Source: a phage. From it: a DNA stretch of 64,000 bases. Shown here piece after piece: positions 28,569-37,253 of the stretch. The stretch lies in the sequence record OZ335963.1, one strand, 5' to 3'. Below the pieces are notes generated by a model. It made no database searches, was not told where the DNA came from, and worked only from the letters and a program-made list of their open reading frames with translations. A program made the translations under genes and the position numbers. Each line of letters begins with the position of its first letter. Position 1 is the first letter of the stretch.

Positions 28569-28912
28569 CTAGTACTCAATCCTCGATTATAAGAATCTAC
28601 TAAACGGTCAACCATTGAATGACAAGCGGCTTTATCTTTCTCCTCCGCAACTGAACATTCTAAGGTATTCCACTTTTTAGCATATCGTTTTAACAATGTA
28701 TCATTTTTATATCTGCTTGATTTATCTCTTTCTCCGTCTTTATATGCATATATTAATTTCTGTGCAAATTCAGCTTGGCATGCTTTATTTTTCCCGCAAT
28801 AATCCGCGGCAGTACGGTTTACATACTCTCTAATTTCAGTATATGATGTATCTGCTGATGCAGAAGCAGAAAATGAAATTAATCCTATACATAAAACCAA
28901 AATTTTAGTCAT
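28565..28912 (-). CDS. Secreted/periplasmic protein, 115 aa
   Basis: N-terminal signal peptide MTKILVLCIGLISFSASASA; four Cys in the mature part. Confidence 0.5.
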   Translation of the reverse strand: MTKILVLCIGLISFSASASADTSYTEIREYVNRTAADYCGKNKACQAEFAQKLIYAYKDGERDKSSRYKNDTLLKRYAKKWNTLECSVAEEKDKAACHSMVDRLVDSYNRGLSTR

Positions 28913-29450
28913 TTACTATTTCCAAAAGTTTATTATTTTTAAGGTAGTTAGCCTTTTCTAGGACTTCAGAAGCATATTTAGAACCTGCTTTAACATTCCA
29001 TCCCGAATTATAAGAGGATATTGCTTTTCTTATATCGCCCTTATGTATATTTAACCAATAAGAAAGTTCAATGTACGCCCAGGAAGCTGAATTGGACCGT
29101 TTATTCAACATTCTTTTTATTTCAGCATCGGTCATATTATAACCAAGTTCCTTAACTCTTGCTCGCATGGTTGGCAAATAATTTTGGAACATTCCATAGG
29201 CATGATGCTTTGGTTTAGATTTTAAATTAACTCCGGCAGAGCTTTCTTGCCATAAAATAGCAGCCATTATATGACCTAATCCGCTCTTGTGGATGTTTTT
29301 GTGTGTTTTATATTTTCCATCCTTAGAAAATTGTTCCCCGAATTGATATGCGTAACGCATGTTATCGAGTTGGACATTACTGAAAGTATGCTCGGAGCTA
29401 TGTGCCATCATTGAAATGGCCAATAGACCAGCGAGTAGTGCTTTTCTCAT
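28905..29450 (-). CDS. Secreted lytic-transglycosylase-like (SLT domain) protein, 181 aa
   Basis: Signal peptide MRKALLAGLLAISMMAHS; SLT-like motifs ILWQESS, AYGMFQ, SSYNSGWN. Confidence 0.55.
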   Translation of the reverse strand: MRKALLAGLLAISMMAHSSEHTFSNVQLDNMRYAYQFGEQFSKDGKYKTHKNIHKSGLGHIMAAILWQESSAGVNLKSKPKHHAYGMFQNYLPTMRARVKELGYNMTDAEIKRMLNKRSNSASWAYIELSYWLNIHKGDIRKAISSYNSGWNVKAGSKYASEVLEKANYLKNNKLLEIVND

Positions 29451-29457
29451 GCTTACC

Positions 29458-29919
29458 TCATTGAGTTTTAATTACTGCTTTAGAAGCCTTTCCTGGTAAA
29501 CGACGACTGTTGATAATTGCCATCCTGCATTGAAGCGACGGGTCTTTGAACTTCGCATTAGGTTTACAAACTGTAAATCCAAGCCAAAGATTTCCATCTG
29601 TGATTTCTAAACGTCCAGGACGATATTCAACCCCATCAATAAAATCCTCGTCAATGTCAGGACGTGGAGGCATACTCAGGAATTCATTAACTTCTAAAAC
29701 ATGGTCTTTTATTTTATGGAATAATTCAAAAACATATGTCTCATCAATCTCCCGTTGAATTGCACGATCAAGAAGATGCTGAGAATATTTTAGATGAAAC
29801 GATGAGACTCCTGCTGCTTTTGATGCCTCACGAATCTCATTGTTAATTTGACGAAACTCCGACTCAAAGTGACGACGGAGCTTATTTCGACGGATAAAAA
29901 CTTCTGTGTTGATAGTCAT
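29458..29919 (-). CDS. regB: Sequence-specific endoribonuclease RegB
   Basis: 153 aa; length and position match T4 RegB; sequence recognised from memory. Confidence 0.8.
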   Translation of the reverse strand: MTINTEVFIRRNKLRRHFESEFRQINNEIREASKAAGVSSFHLKYSQHLLDRAIQREIDETYVFELFHKIKDHVLEVNEFLSMPPRPDIDEDFIDGVEYRPGRLEITDGNLWLGFTVCKPNAKFKDPSLQCRMAIINSRRLPGKASKAVIKTQ

Positions 29920-29947
29920 GTTATTCTCCTCTTAACTGATAGAAAAA

Positions 29948-29976
29948 TTATACCACAGTCAAGAGGAAAAGTAAAC
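29948..29976 (-). promoter_or_regulatory. Early promoter upstream of regB
   Basis: Minus strand GTTTAC, spacer, TGGTATAAT. Confidence 0.45.
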
Positions 29977-29978
29977 AG

Positions 29979-30257
29979 TTATTCTTTAAATCTAATCAAT
30001 TTATTCATAGACTTTGAAACTTCTGCACGGACCTCATGTAGGTTTTTAAGCTGTTCAAGACGTTGCTCATAGTAAGCAATTTCATCTTCTTCAAGACAGT
30101 CCTGTGAGTCTTCTTTAAGATAACGTGCATAGTCCTGGAAAGCTTTACGGACTACTTCCTGGAAGTCATCAAGACTTTGAATTTTCTTAGGAGCAACAGA
30201 TACACGACGAGGGGCAGTATAATACTCATAACCAAACCCTGCGCTTAATTGAGCCAT
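29979..30257 (-). CDS. Hypothetical protein, about 92 aa
   Basis: Track ORF 29979-30299; the ATG at 30257 overlaps the upstream stop. Confidence 0.45.
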   Translation of the reverse strand: MAQLSAGFGYEYYTAPRRVSVAPKKIQSLDDFQEVVRKAFQDYARYLKEDSQDCLEEDEIAYYEQRLEQLKNLHEVRAEVSKSMNKLIRFKE

Positions 30258-30523
30258 TAGTATTTTTCCTCTGGTTGAAACACAGCACGACAAGCCCACA
30301 TACTGGCTTCTTTGAGTTTCGTTTTAGCAATAGTTAACTGATCGAGGCTTTCAGCATAATTCTTCGTGAATTCACAGTCTTCACAATTATCTAGTGCTTC
30401 CCAGAATTCATCATATAAAGCATCAAAGATAAGTCCTAAACGAACTTCAGCATCTTTGATAGCATTCACTTTACTGATTTTATCGTCAGTATGTGGCTTA
30501 TAACCTTTAATGTCTTCAATCAT
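30257..30523 (-). CDS. Hypothetical protein, 88 aa; by map order this may be the T4 vs.4 (Acb2) position
   Basis: Position only (second ORF past regB toward ipII); sequence not verifiable from memory. Confidence 0.3.
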   Translation of the reverse strand: MIEDIKGYKPHTDDKISKVNAIKDAEVRLGLIFDALYDEFWEALDNCEDCEFTKNYAESLDQLTIAKTKLKEASMWACRAVFQPEEKY

Positions 30524-30737
30524 ATTTTACTTCCTCACCTGTTCCCAAATCATATTCAACTAAACGAATAGGTTCATGAATGCCATATCCTTGAACAGAA
30601 ATTTCTGTCGTAGGATAAATTCCATTAATATCACCCATGGTCCACGCTTCATTAAATTGCTGTTCGCCTGAATTACTAAACCACTCGGCGAAAGCATTTA
30701 ACACATCTTTAGAACCTTCAATAATTATCTTTGCCAT
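30516..30737 (-). CDS. Hypothetical protein, 73 aa
   Basis: ORF between the 88-aa ORF and the GrcA-like gene. Confidence 0.45.
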   Translation of the reverse strand: MAKIIIEGSKDVLNAFAEWFSNSGEQQFNEAWTMGDINGIYPTTEISVQGYGIHEPIRLVEYDLGTGEEVKYD

Positions 30738-31099
30738 TACAAGCTCTCAGTAAAGGTACGAGCGATAACGTCGCGCTGCTGTTCCGGAGTCAGAGAGTTA
30801 AAGCGAACTGCATAACCGGATACACGGATGGTCAGCTGCGGATATTTTTCCGGATGCTTAACTGCATCTTCCAGAGTTTCACGACGCAGAACGTTAACGT
30901 TCAGGTGTTGACCACCTTCAATTTTAACTGTAGGCTGTGGTTCAATTTCAATTTCACGGGTGTGCAAACCGTAGAAAATTTCTGGGTCTACAAAAGAGTC
31001 CTCTTTAAAGGTTTTAGAAACAATAATTCGTGCTTGAATACCATCTTCAAAATAAATAGTACCTTTATGTGTGCCTTCAAGAATTTGATATGCTTTCAT
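30737..31099 (-). CDS. Autonomous glycyl-radical cofactor (GrcA/YfiD-like), about 120 aa
   Basis: C-terminal ...[60 protein letters not shown] carries the RVSGY glycyl-radical motif; ATG at 31099 with GAGAGG RBS. Confidence 0.8.
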   Translation of the reverse strand: MKAYQILEGTHKGTIYFEDGIQARIIVSKTFKEDSFVDPEIFYGLHTREIEIEPQPTVKIEGGQHLNVNVLRRETLEDAVKHPEKYPQLTIRVSGYAVRFNSLTPEQQRDVIARTFTESL

Positions 31100-31107
31100 A
31101 TAACCTC

Positions 31108-31434
31108 TCAATTAGAAAATAAATTTATCCAAGATTGCTCTTTAATTAAAAATGGCTCAGAATCATATGCCATTAAACTTTGGGTGATTAGTCCTTTAAA
31201 AGGTCCATCAATAAATTCCATGGTAAAATATGGAATTTTATTCATTAATCTTGCATTAGGAGCAGTGCACAAAACTCTGCATCCTTTGAATACGCCTTTT
31301 TGTAATTTGTACTGCTTAGGATAAAATTCGCTCAAGACGTTGTTATTTGCCAAAATTTCAAAATGATTCACCAACTTATTTTTAATAGTTTTTGGCGAAA
31401 AATAAAGATATTCGAAAAGTTGCGTATCTGTCAT
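31108..31434 (-). CDS. Hypothetical protein, about 108 aa
   Basis: Track ORF 31108-31488 has a 5' extension; probable start [10 protein letters not shown]. Confidence 0.45.
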   Translation of the reverse strand: MTDTQLFEYLYFSPKTIKNKLVNHFEILANNNVLSEFYPKQYKLQKGVFKGCRVLCTAPNARLMNKIPYFTMEFIDGPFKGLITQSLMAYDSEPFLIKEQSWINLFSN

Positions 31435-32024
31435 CATTGCATTCCAATTACGAAAAACTGCGGACGAGTAATACCACCAATGCGGCATTTACTATTGCAG
31501 CAGTGTTGCACAGTTTCAATATGAATATCATAAATTTTATCCATATCAGGAGATTTAACAGGCTCATCGATTATATACAAAATTCGAGAAAGCGATAAAC
31601 CTCTGAACTTGCTACCTCTATTACCAACAAAACTACGGACAGAATCGGTAAATAAGCGGAATCGAATATCATCGCTAGAATAACGAGAAAATTCTTTTTT
31701 AATGTGGCCCGCAGAAATTTTAGCGTAAGCTGAAGTATTAGAAAGAACAATAACTGTTCCACCGTCATACAACCAATTAGCGGCAAAATTAGTTACTGCA
31801 GTTGATTTACCGGATTGACGTCCACCATCTAGTCGAAGTGTACAGTATTCTTTAAATAAATGTGGCGAATCAGGTACATAAAATCCACTATTACAAATTT
31901 CTTCTACTCTAGCATCAGAATGGTGTGTAAAAGCATTCATCAGGGATAGATAAGGACCAGTTAAAAATGTTCTCATTTTATTCTCTCTAAATTTGGGCCA
32001 TTCCATGGCGCATGAATTATCCAT
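31434..32024 (-). CDS. Small P-loop NTPase (180-196 aa)
   Basis: Walker A GGRQSGKST and Walker-B-like ILYIIDEP; best RBS precedes the internal ATG at 31976. Confidence 0.5.
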   Translation of the reverse strand: MDNSCAMEWPKFRENKMRTFLTGPYLSLMNAFTHHSDARVEEICNSGFYVPDSPHLFKEYCTLRLDGGRQSGKSTAVTNFAANWLYDGGTVIVLSNTSAYAKISAGHIKKEFSRYSSDDIRFRLFTDSVRSFVGNRGSKFRGLSLSRILYIIDEPVKSPDMDKIYDIHIETVQHCCNSKCRIGGITRPQFFVIGMQ

Positions 32025-32215
32025 TTCTGTATTTACCCATTACCGCACTTGGGCTCGACCTTATTACAGGTTGGCGGGAATCCCTCATAGAATCATGAGG
32101 TCCAGGTTGTTCCCATGTTATTTGAATGTAAATATTTTTGCCGTAATACTATACCAGTGTGGCTTCATTAAAATTTTTTCATTGAGTCATTTTACCTCTC
32201 CAAGTAATTATGAAT

Positions 32216-32245
32216 ATACTATCACAATTTTAGGAGAAAGTAAAC
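32216..32245 (-). promoter_or_regulatory. Early promoter upstream of ipII
   Basis: Minus strand GTTTAC, spacer, TAGTAT. Confidence 0.4.
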
Positions 32246-32247
32246 TG

Positions 32248-32550
32248 CTATTTACCTTTAATTACTTTAGCTGCTTCGATAGCCGCTTGCTGAAGGTCGT
32301 CCATAGACATACCGAATTTAGAAGCAAAGTTATCAATTTTCTTTTCGACAGCATTCAAAGGCTTGGCCTGTTTACCTTCATTAGCGCCAGGAAGAGCGAG
32401 AATACGCTCTTTGTCAATATAAAGGCTTACAAGTTTCTTACGGTCTTTATCGGACAAATCATGAAATGAATGAGCCTTTTTATTTATAGCGGCTTCTAAT
32501 TTACTCGCAGTTACGCGGGCTTCAGTGATAAATTCTTGATAGGTTTTCAT
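32248..32550 (-). CDS. ipII: Internal protein II (head-packaged, injected)
   Basis: 100 aa; N-terminal capsid-targeting leader MKTYQEFITEA; position next to ipIII and e. Confidence 0.85.
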   Translation of the reverse strand: MKTYQEFITEARVTASKLEAAINKKAHSFHDLSDKDRKKLVSLYIDKERILALPGANEGKQAKPLNAVEKKIDNFASKFGMSMDDLQQAAIEAAKVIKGK

Positions 32551-32571
32551 ATGTTTCCTTTAAATGTAAAT

Positions 32572-32589
32572 AGGCCTAAGTATCGGCCT
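32572..32589 (-). terminator. Hairpin between ipIII and ipII
   Basis: Plus aggcctaagtatcggcct inverted repeat. Confidence 0.3.
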
Positions 32590-32591
32590 TA

Positions 32592-33167
32592 TTAATTACC
32601 ACGGGCTGCATTAGCAACGGCATAAGCATACTGAACATTAGCGTCTTTAAACGTACCTTTAGAGGTATCTATTTCTGCCTTAAAGCCGCCTTTAGCCATA
32701 ACATCGGCGAATTCTTTACGGAAAGCCATTGCATCAAGACCTTTCCATGTTGATTTGTGCTTGGCGAATTCAAGACCAGCGTAGTTGACAGCTTTAGCCA
32801 ATTTATTATCAATGACCCATTTACCGGCTTTAGGCACAAACTTCGGACCTTTTTGTTTAGAGAACAGTTTTAAATTCCAGCGACGAAGATCACTATCGGC
32901 TTTAACAAAAGCTGCGTCTAAGTTACTAGCAACAACATCTTCAATATGAGCAAATTTAAGTCCGTCAACTTCAATATTTAGATCGTTACGCCAGCGAAGT
33001 CCTTCCCAAGCGAAAGCTTTAAAATCAGAAGCTTTTGTGGCTAGATATCGTTCAAGCGGAGCAGTTTTAGGGTCAAAGCCGTTTCCTCGGTAAGTCCACT
33101 CATCTTTATTAATGCCTTTGGCCTTTTCCGCAGAAGCTTCAGCGATAAATTCTTTATACGTTTTCAT
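32592..33167 (-). CDS. ipIII: Internal protein III
   Basis: 191 aa; leader MKTYKEFIAEA; Lys/Ala-rich basic protein. Confidence 0.85.
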   Translation of the reverse strand: MKTYKEFIAEASAEKAKGINKDEWTYRGNGFDPKTAPLERYLATKASDFKAFAWEGLRWRNDLNIEVDGLKFAHIEDVVASNLDAAFVKADSDLRRWNLKLFSKQKGPKFVPKAGKWVIDNKLAKAVNYAGLEFAKHKSTWKGLDAMAFRKEFADVMAKGGFKAEIDTSKGTFKDANVQYAYAVANAARGN

Positions 33168-33204
33168 GTGTTTCCTTTAAATATTTTAATTAGTAACTGT
33201 GAAT

Positions 33205-33234
33205 ATACTATCACAGTTCTAGAAGAAAGTAAAC
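33205..33234 (-). promoter_or_regulatory. Early promoter upstream of ipIII
   Basis: Minus strand GTTTAC, spacer, TAGTAT. Confidence 0.4.
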
Positions 33235-33238
33235 AACT

Positions 33239-33769
<531 letters not shown>

Positions 33770-34225
33770 TTAAAAGAGGTTGTTCATTATTCGGTAAAGT
33801 GAAGGACCCATCACATATTGCCACTGGGTACGAGGAATAAGAGCAAAAGCATCCATCTCTGGAATCATAACGCCATCTTTATTTTCAAAATAAGACCCAC
33901 AATGGCAATTTCTAAACATCTCATGCTCTACTGGAATCGTATAATAAAATAACTGCAAGTCTTTATTACTAGAATATTTAAATACACCTAGGTCTTCTAA
34001 AAGGTCTGGATTATAATTGTTAAAGCCAGTCTCTTCTAAACATTCTCTTCGTGCTGCATCTAGTGCGCTTAAATCAGAATTTTCTACACGGCCCTTTGGA
34101 ATATCCCAGCGATGGGCCATCATTCCAGACTTACGAGAACCAGTAACTCGTCCCATAAATAAATCTTTATCTTCTGTCATAAAGATAATACCAGCTGATA
34201 ATGTTTTCATTTTAATTTCCTGCAT
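33770..34225 (-). CDS. nudE: Nudix hydrolase NudE
   Basis: 151 aa; Nudix box GRVENSDLSALDAARRECLEETGF. Confidence 0.88.
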   Translation of the reverse strand: MQEIKMKTLSAGIIFMTEDKDLFMGRVTGSRKSGMMAHRWDIPKGRVENSDLSALDAARRECLEETGFNNYNPDLLEDLGVFKYSSNKDLQLFYYTIPVEHEMFRNCHCGSYFENKDGVMIPEMDAFALIPRTQWQYVMGPSLYRIMNNLF

Positions 34226-34575
34226 TCAGTGATAAAGTTATTTAAATTTTGAGTATATTTCTTTTCATCAAAAATCTTTTGTTGTCTGCGTAGCCGCCAT
34301 GGCATTTCAATGAACGTGTACCATATCCCAGATAATATTGCTGCTGTCAAAATATTAACAAGTATGGTTAAAAGAATCCAATCTTCTATTCTGTCCATTG
34401 GATTTTTTATGAAAAAGTAAAATACGAATGATGTCACAGGAAGACTAATAATATACCACAGAATCATAATTTTATCTGTGAACCAATCAGCGTTCGTTAA
34501 CTTAGCGCGACCGTTATGAATACACACGAATTTATCGTCTGTTATAATAGATGGCTTAACTGGTTGATATCCCAT
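34207..34575 (-). CDS. Membrane protein, paralog 1 of 3 (C-terminal ...FITECRKLK)
   Basis: Two hydrophobic helices; ATG at 34575 (MGYQP...) has an AGGGAG RBS. Confidence 0.5.
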   Translation of the reverse strand: MGYQPVKPSIITDDKFVCIHNGRAKLTNADWFTDKIMILWYIISLPVTSFVFYFFIKNPMDRIEDWILLTILVNILTAAILSGIWYTFIEMPWRLRRQQKIFDEKKYTQNLNNFITECRKLK

Positions 34576-34602
34576 TCTAAACTCCCTAATCAGCAAATTT
34601 TC

Positions 34603-34698
34603 ATATCTTCGGAACAGCCATTCCAGTCAACTCCATCAACTGAAATGCCATCGTCCCCATCATCTAAATCATACCAGCGAGTTTTTAAAATCATTTGA
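34603..34698 (-). CDS. Hypothetical micro-ORF, 31 aa
   Basis: Hand-translated MILKTRWYDLDDGDDGISVDGVDWNGCSEDMKIC; sits between paralogs 1 and 2. Confidence 0.2.
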
Positions 34699-35053
34699 TT
34701 TTCCTGCAATCATTCACGAATTCTTTCATTGATTCATTTTCAATATAAGACATGTAGTTATTATATTCTTTTAATTGTATTTTGTAATCCTTTTTTCTTT
34801 GCCAATTTATTTTAAAATTATCATAATGAAAAAATAGCATGGTACCAAAGAATGAAAATAATGAAATCGCTATAGTAAAACGAAGTTCACTCCAAACATC
34901 TGTTATAATTGCTGAACTATCGATGTTTAAAATAATACAGTCAATCATTAATCCAATAAGACTACCCGCAAGAGCTACAGCCAACGCCACAGCAAAAATT
35001 AAAAATGACTCAGAAAAAGAATATTTGACTTTATTTAGTTTTGGCTTTTGCAT
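34691..35053 (-). CDS. Membrane protein, paralog 2 of 3 (C-terminal ...FVNDCRKIK)
   Basis: Two hydrophobic helices; C-terminal motif shared with 34207-34575. Confidence 0.5.
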   Translation of the reverse strand: MQKPKLNKVKYSFSESFLIFAVALAVALAGSLIGLMIDCIILNIDSSAIITDVWSELRFTIAISLFSFFGTMLFFHYDNFKINWQRKKDYKIQLKEYNNYMSYIENESMKEFVNDCRKIK

Positions 35054-35448
35054 CGTGATTCCTTAACAAATTTCATAATTTCATTAAATTCATACATATT
35101 TAGTTTAAGCTGGTGTTCCTTTTTAATCTTTTTACACTGAGCTTTCCATTCACGTACACGTTTACGATAATGTCTTCCTTGATACCAATATCCTACCCAA
35201 TTTACAGGTACTAATAAAAATGGAACTACTAATGGAAGAATTAATACTAACAGAAATATTATGCCAGATTCAATATCAGTCATAAAGTCTATAACCATTC
35301 CAACAATCAATAGAATTACAAATGATATAGCTGTCACAGGACCTATTAATACATCAGTAGGAATTATCTGACGCTTTAGTTCATACTTCACAGGTTTACT
35401 TGGAAGGTATAGTGATGGCTTTGACATATTCTCTACATTCCTTAACAA
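35035..35448 (-). CDS. Membrane protein, paralog 3 of 3 (C-terminal ...FVKESRCKSQN)
   Basis: Two hydrophobic helices followed by a basic stretch; similar architecture. Confidence 0.45.
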   Translation of the reverse strand: MLRNVENMSKPSLYLPSKPVKYELKRQIIPTDVLIGPVTAISFVILLIVGMVIDFMTDIESGIIFLLVLILPLVVPFLLVPVNWVGYWYQGRHYRKRVREWKAQCKKIKKEHQLKLNMYEFNEIMKFVKESRCKSQN

Positions 35449-36010
35449 ATTTTTCTAATAATAAATCGCTTTCAAAATTAGGATTTTCCACGAATTTATC
35501 AAAAAGATCATCAACAATAGTTAAGATATTCTTTTTACTAAGAATACGCTTATTTTCATATTTTGTTTCAGAGTCAACTATAAGAGTAAAGAAATATTTC
35601 TTTCCCTGAAATTTTACCGTAGTATCAATATAAAATAAATTTGACTTTTGTAAATTACGTTTAAACCATGCGTCACTTAAACTATAAACGCCAAGATAAT
35701 CATAATCGTCATTTAAATAACAAACTGTCCATTCAGGAGAAATGAAATCAGTAAATTCAACATCAAAATCACATGTCAATGAATGAATTGATTCAATACT
35801 TTTAATGAGTATTCCAGGACGTATTAAAGACTTTTTACCTCTAGAAAATCTTCCGGAAAGGCTTTCATCAGTTTCATATGAAGACTCCCAATAGTAATTA
35901 CGTCCTTCTGCCATGCGTTTAAGAGCATTTAGTAATTGGTCTGGAACATCAACCTGTCTTTGGAACTCTTCAAACATTGAATTGAAATCACTTTGCATTT
36001 TCATTTTCAT
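35396..36010 (-). CDS. Hypothetical protein, 204 aa
   Basis: ORF; no motif recognised. Confidence 0.5.
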   Translation of the reverse strand: MKMKMQSDFNSMFEEFQRQVDVPDQLLNALKRMAEGRNYYWESSYETDESLSGRFSRGKKSLIRPGILIKSIESIHSLTCDFDVEFTDFISPEWTVCYLNDDYDYLGVYSLSDAWFKRNLQKSNLFYIDTTVKFQGKKYFFTLIVDSETKYENKRILSKKNILTIVDDLFDKFVENPNFESDLLLEKFVKECREYVKAITIPSK

Positions 36011-36030
36011 TCCTATTTACTCCAAGTATA

Positions 36031-36050
36031 AGGGGCCGAAGCCCCTTATC
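36031..36050 (-). terminator. UUCG-tetraloop hairpin terminator
   Basis: Plus aaggggccgaagcccctta. Confidence 0.5.
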
Positions 36051-36051
36051 A

Positions 36052-36645
36052 TTATTTCAGAGAATTAATGTATTCCTGAACATCGGCAGAGGTAGTTTCA
36101 ACCCCAGAAATATTACCGTTAAAGGTTTCAACTCGAGCAAGGGTATCTTCAATATCAACCTTAGTCAGTGCTGCAATTTCAACTACATCATCAGCAGTAC
36201 TAATTCCAAGGGCATTTGCTGCACGAGTTTCACGGATATATTCCAATTTAACCGCAAGTTCTTGACGAGCATCATCTAACTCAACTACTTTCTTGGCGAT
36301 TTCAATTCGCATTTCAGCATAACCGTCAGCCTTAGTAGTCAACTGCTCAGCTGTTCGACGATATAGTAAACCGAGTTTAGCATGCATTGTTACATCTTGG
36401 CCTTCGGAAAGAAGTTTACGAATTTCACGCTCTTTTGATTCGGCCTGTCGATTCTTTTCGATAACAAGTTCACGAATACGTTTTTCTTCGTTAATAGATT
36501 TAACAGAAGCAGTTTTTAGATCTTTAATTTTATCAAGTAGTTTTGCTGCTGCAGCAGTATACTGTTCTTCGACAGATAGATTTTTAGCCATAGCAGAACC
36601 AAGTTTAGTGCGAATAAACTCAACAATTTTCTTCAGTGTGTTCAT
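36052..36645 (-). CDS. Coiled-coil protein, 197 aa (possibly PspA/IM30-like)
   Basis: Almost entirely helical heptad-like sequence; the PspA resemblance is architectural only. Confidence 0.4.
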   Translation of the reverse strand: MNTLKKIVEFIRTKLGSAMAKNLSVEEQYTAAAAKLLDKIKDLKTASVKSINEEKRIRELVIEKNRQAESKEREIRKLLSEGQDVTMHAKLGLLYRRTAEQLTTKADGYAEMRIEIAKKVVELDDARQELAVKLEYIRETRAANALGISTADDVVEIAALTKVDIEDTLARVETFNGNISGVETTSADVQEYINSLK

Positions 36646-36719
36646 AGTATTTCCTTAGGTTGATTAAGATTTAAAATCCGTAAAAGTAGTATTATACTCT
36701 ATCATCAAGTTACAGGCTC

Positions 36720-36749
36720 ATAATATCTCAATCATGAGCCTATGTAAAC
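36720..36749 (-). promoter_or_regulatory. Early-type promoter
   Basis: Minus strand GTTTACA, 17 nt, TATTAT; overlaps the inverted repeat GGCTCATGA...TATGAGCC. Confidence 0.4.
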
Positions 36750-37013
36750 TTATTTCATATTATTGAAATATTCTTCTGCAATTTCGTCGTTATCGTGGTA
36801 AACTTTAGAAGACAGTTTAACATAACCTTCAGCAGTGAACATATTAATCACAACCTTTACAGTATACCACTGTCCGTCTTCATTACCCATTACTGCGTAA
36901 GTTTCAAACATCGGATGATCAGGACCGATAACTTTAATATCATTCACTGTACGACCGAAATCTTCTGAAACGCATTTCATAAAGAAGTTGAACAGTTCGC
37001 CGTAATTATCCAT
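36750..37013 (-). CDS. Hypothetical protein, about 87 aa
   Basis: Track ORF 36750-37067 overlaps a promoter; the ATG at 37013 has a GGAGAA RBS. Confidence 0.45.
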   Translation of the reverse strand: MDNYGELFNFFMKCVSEDFGRTVNDIKVIGPDHPMFETYAVMGNEDGQWYTVKVVINMFTAEGYVKLSSKVYHDNDEIAEEYFNNMK

Positions 37014-37057
37014 TTCATTCTCCAAGTTGTTTTTCTGTATCAGTAGTTGATAGTTGT

Positions 37058-37087
37058 ATAGTACCATGGAAGAACAGGGATGTAAAC
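37058..37087 (-). promoter_or_regulatory. Early-type promoter
   Basis: Minus strand GTTTACA, 17 nt, TACTAT. Confidence 0.45.
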
Positions 37088-37218
37088 AGTTTTGTGAAAA
37101 AATTTTTAAAAAGTTTTAGGGAATTCTAGGGCAGGGAGGGGCAATTAAAGGATAGGATAATATATTATAAAGGGTAGAAACTAAATGATGCCTAGAGAGG
37201 TCCAGAAAGGTCTAGATA

Positions 37219-37245
37219 CCAAAAAGCCCTATCATTTAGATAGGG
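37219..37245 (-). terminator. Hairpin plus U-run downstream of ORF 37254-37817
   Basis: Minus strand CCCTATC-TAAAT-GATAGGG followed by CTTTTTGG. Confidence 0.45.
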
Positions 37246-37253
37246 ATTTAAAA

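Noticed and set aside
28565-28912. Considered assigning the 115-aa ORF as Vs (valyl-tRNA synthetase modifier) by position and size
   Set aside because: The protein has a clear signal peptide, which is hard to reconcile with a cytoplasmic synthetase-binding role, and I cannot recall the Vs sequence.
30731-31324. 197-aa plus-strand ORF
   Set aside because: Lies antisense to the well-supported GrcA-like gene and its neighbour, has no RBS, and has low-complexity composition; likely spurious.
31993-32469. 158-aa plus-strand ORF
   Set aside because: Antisense to ipII and its promoter region; no homology signal; likely spurious.
36052-36645. Considered calling the 197-aa coiled-coil protein a PspA homolog
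   Set aside because: The similarity is only in helical architecture and length; no specific motif could be matched, so it is kept as a low-confidence note.
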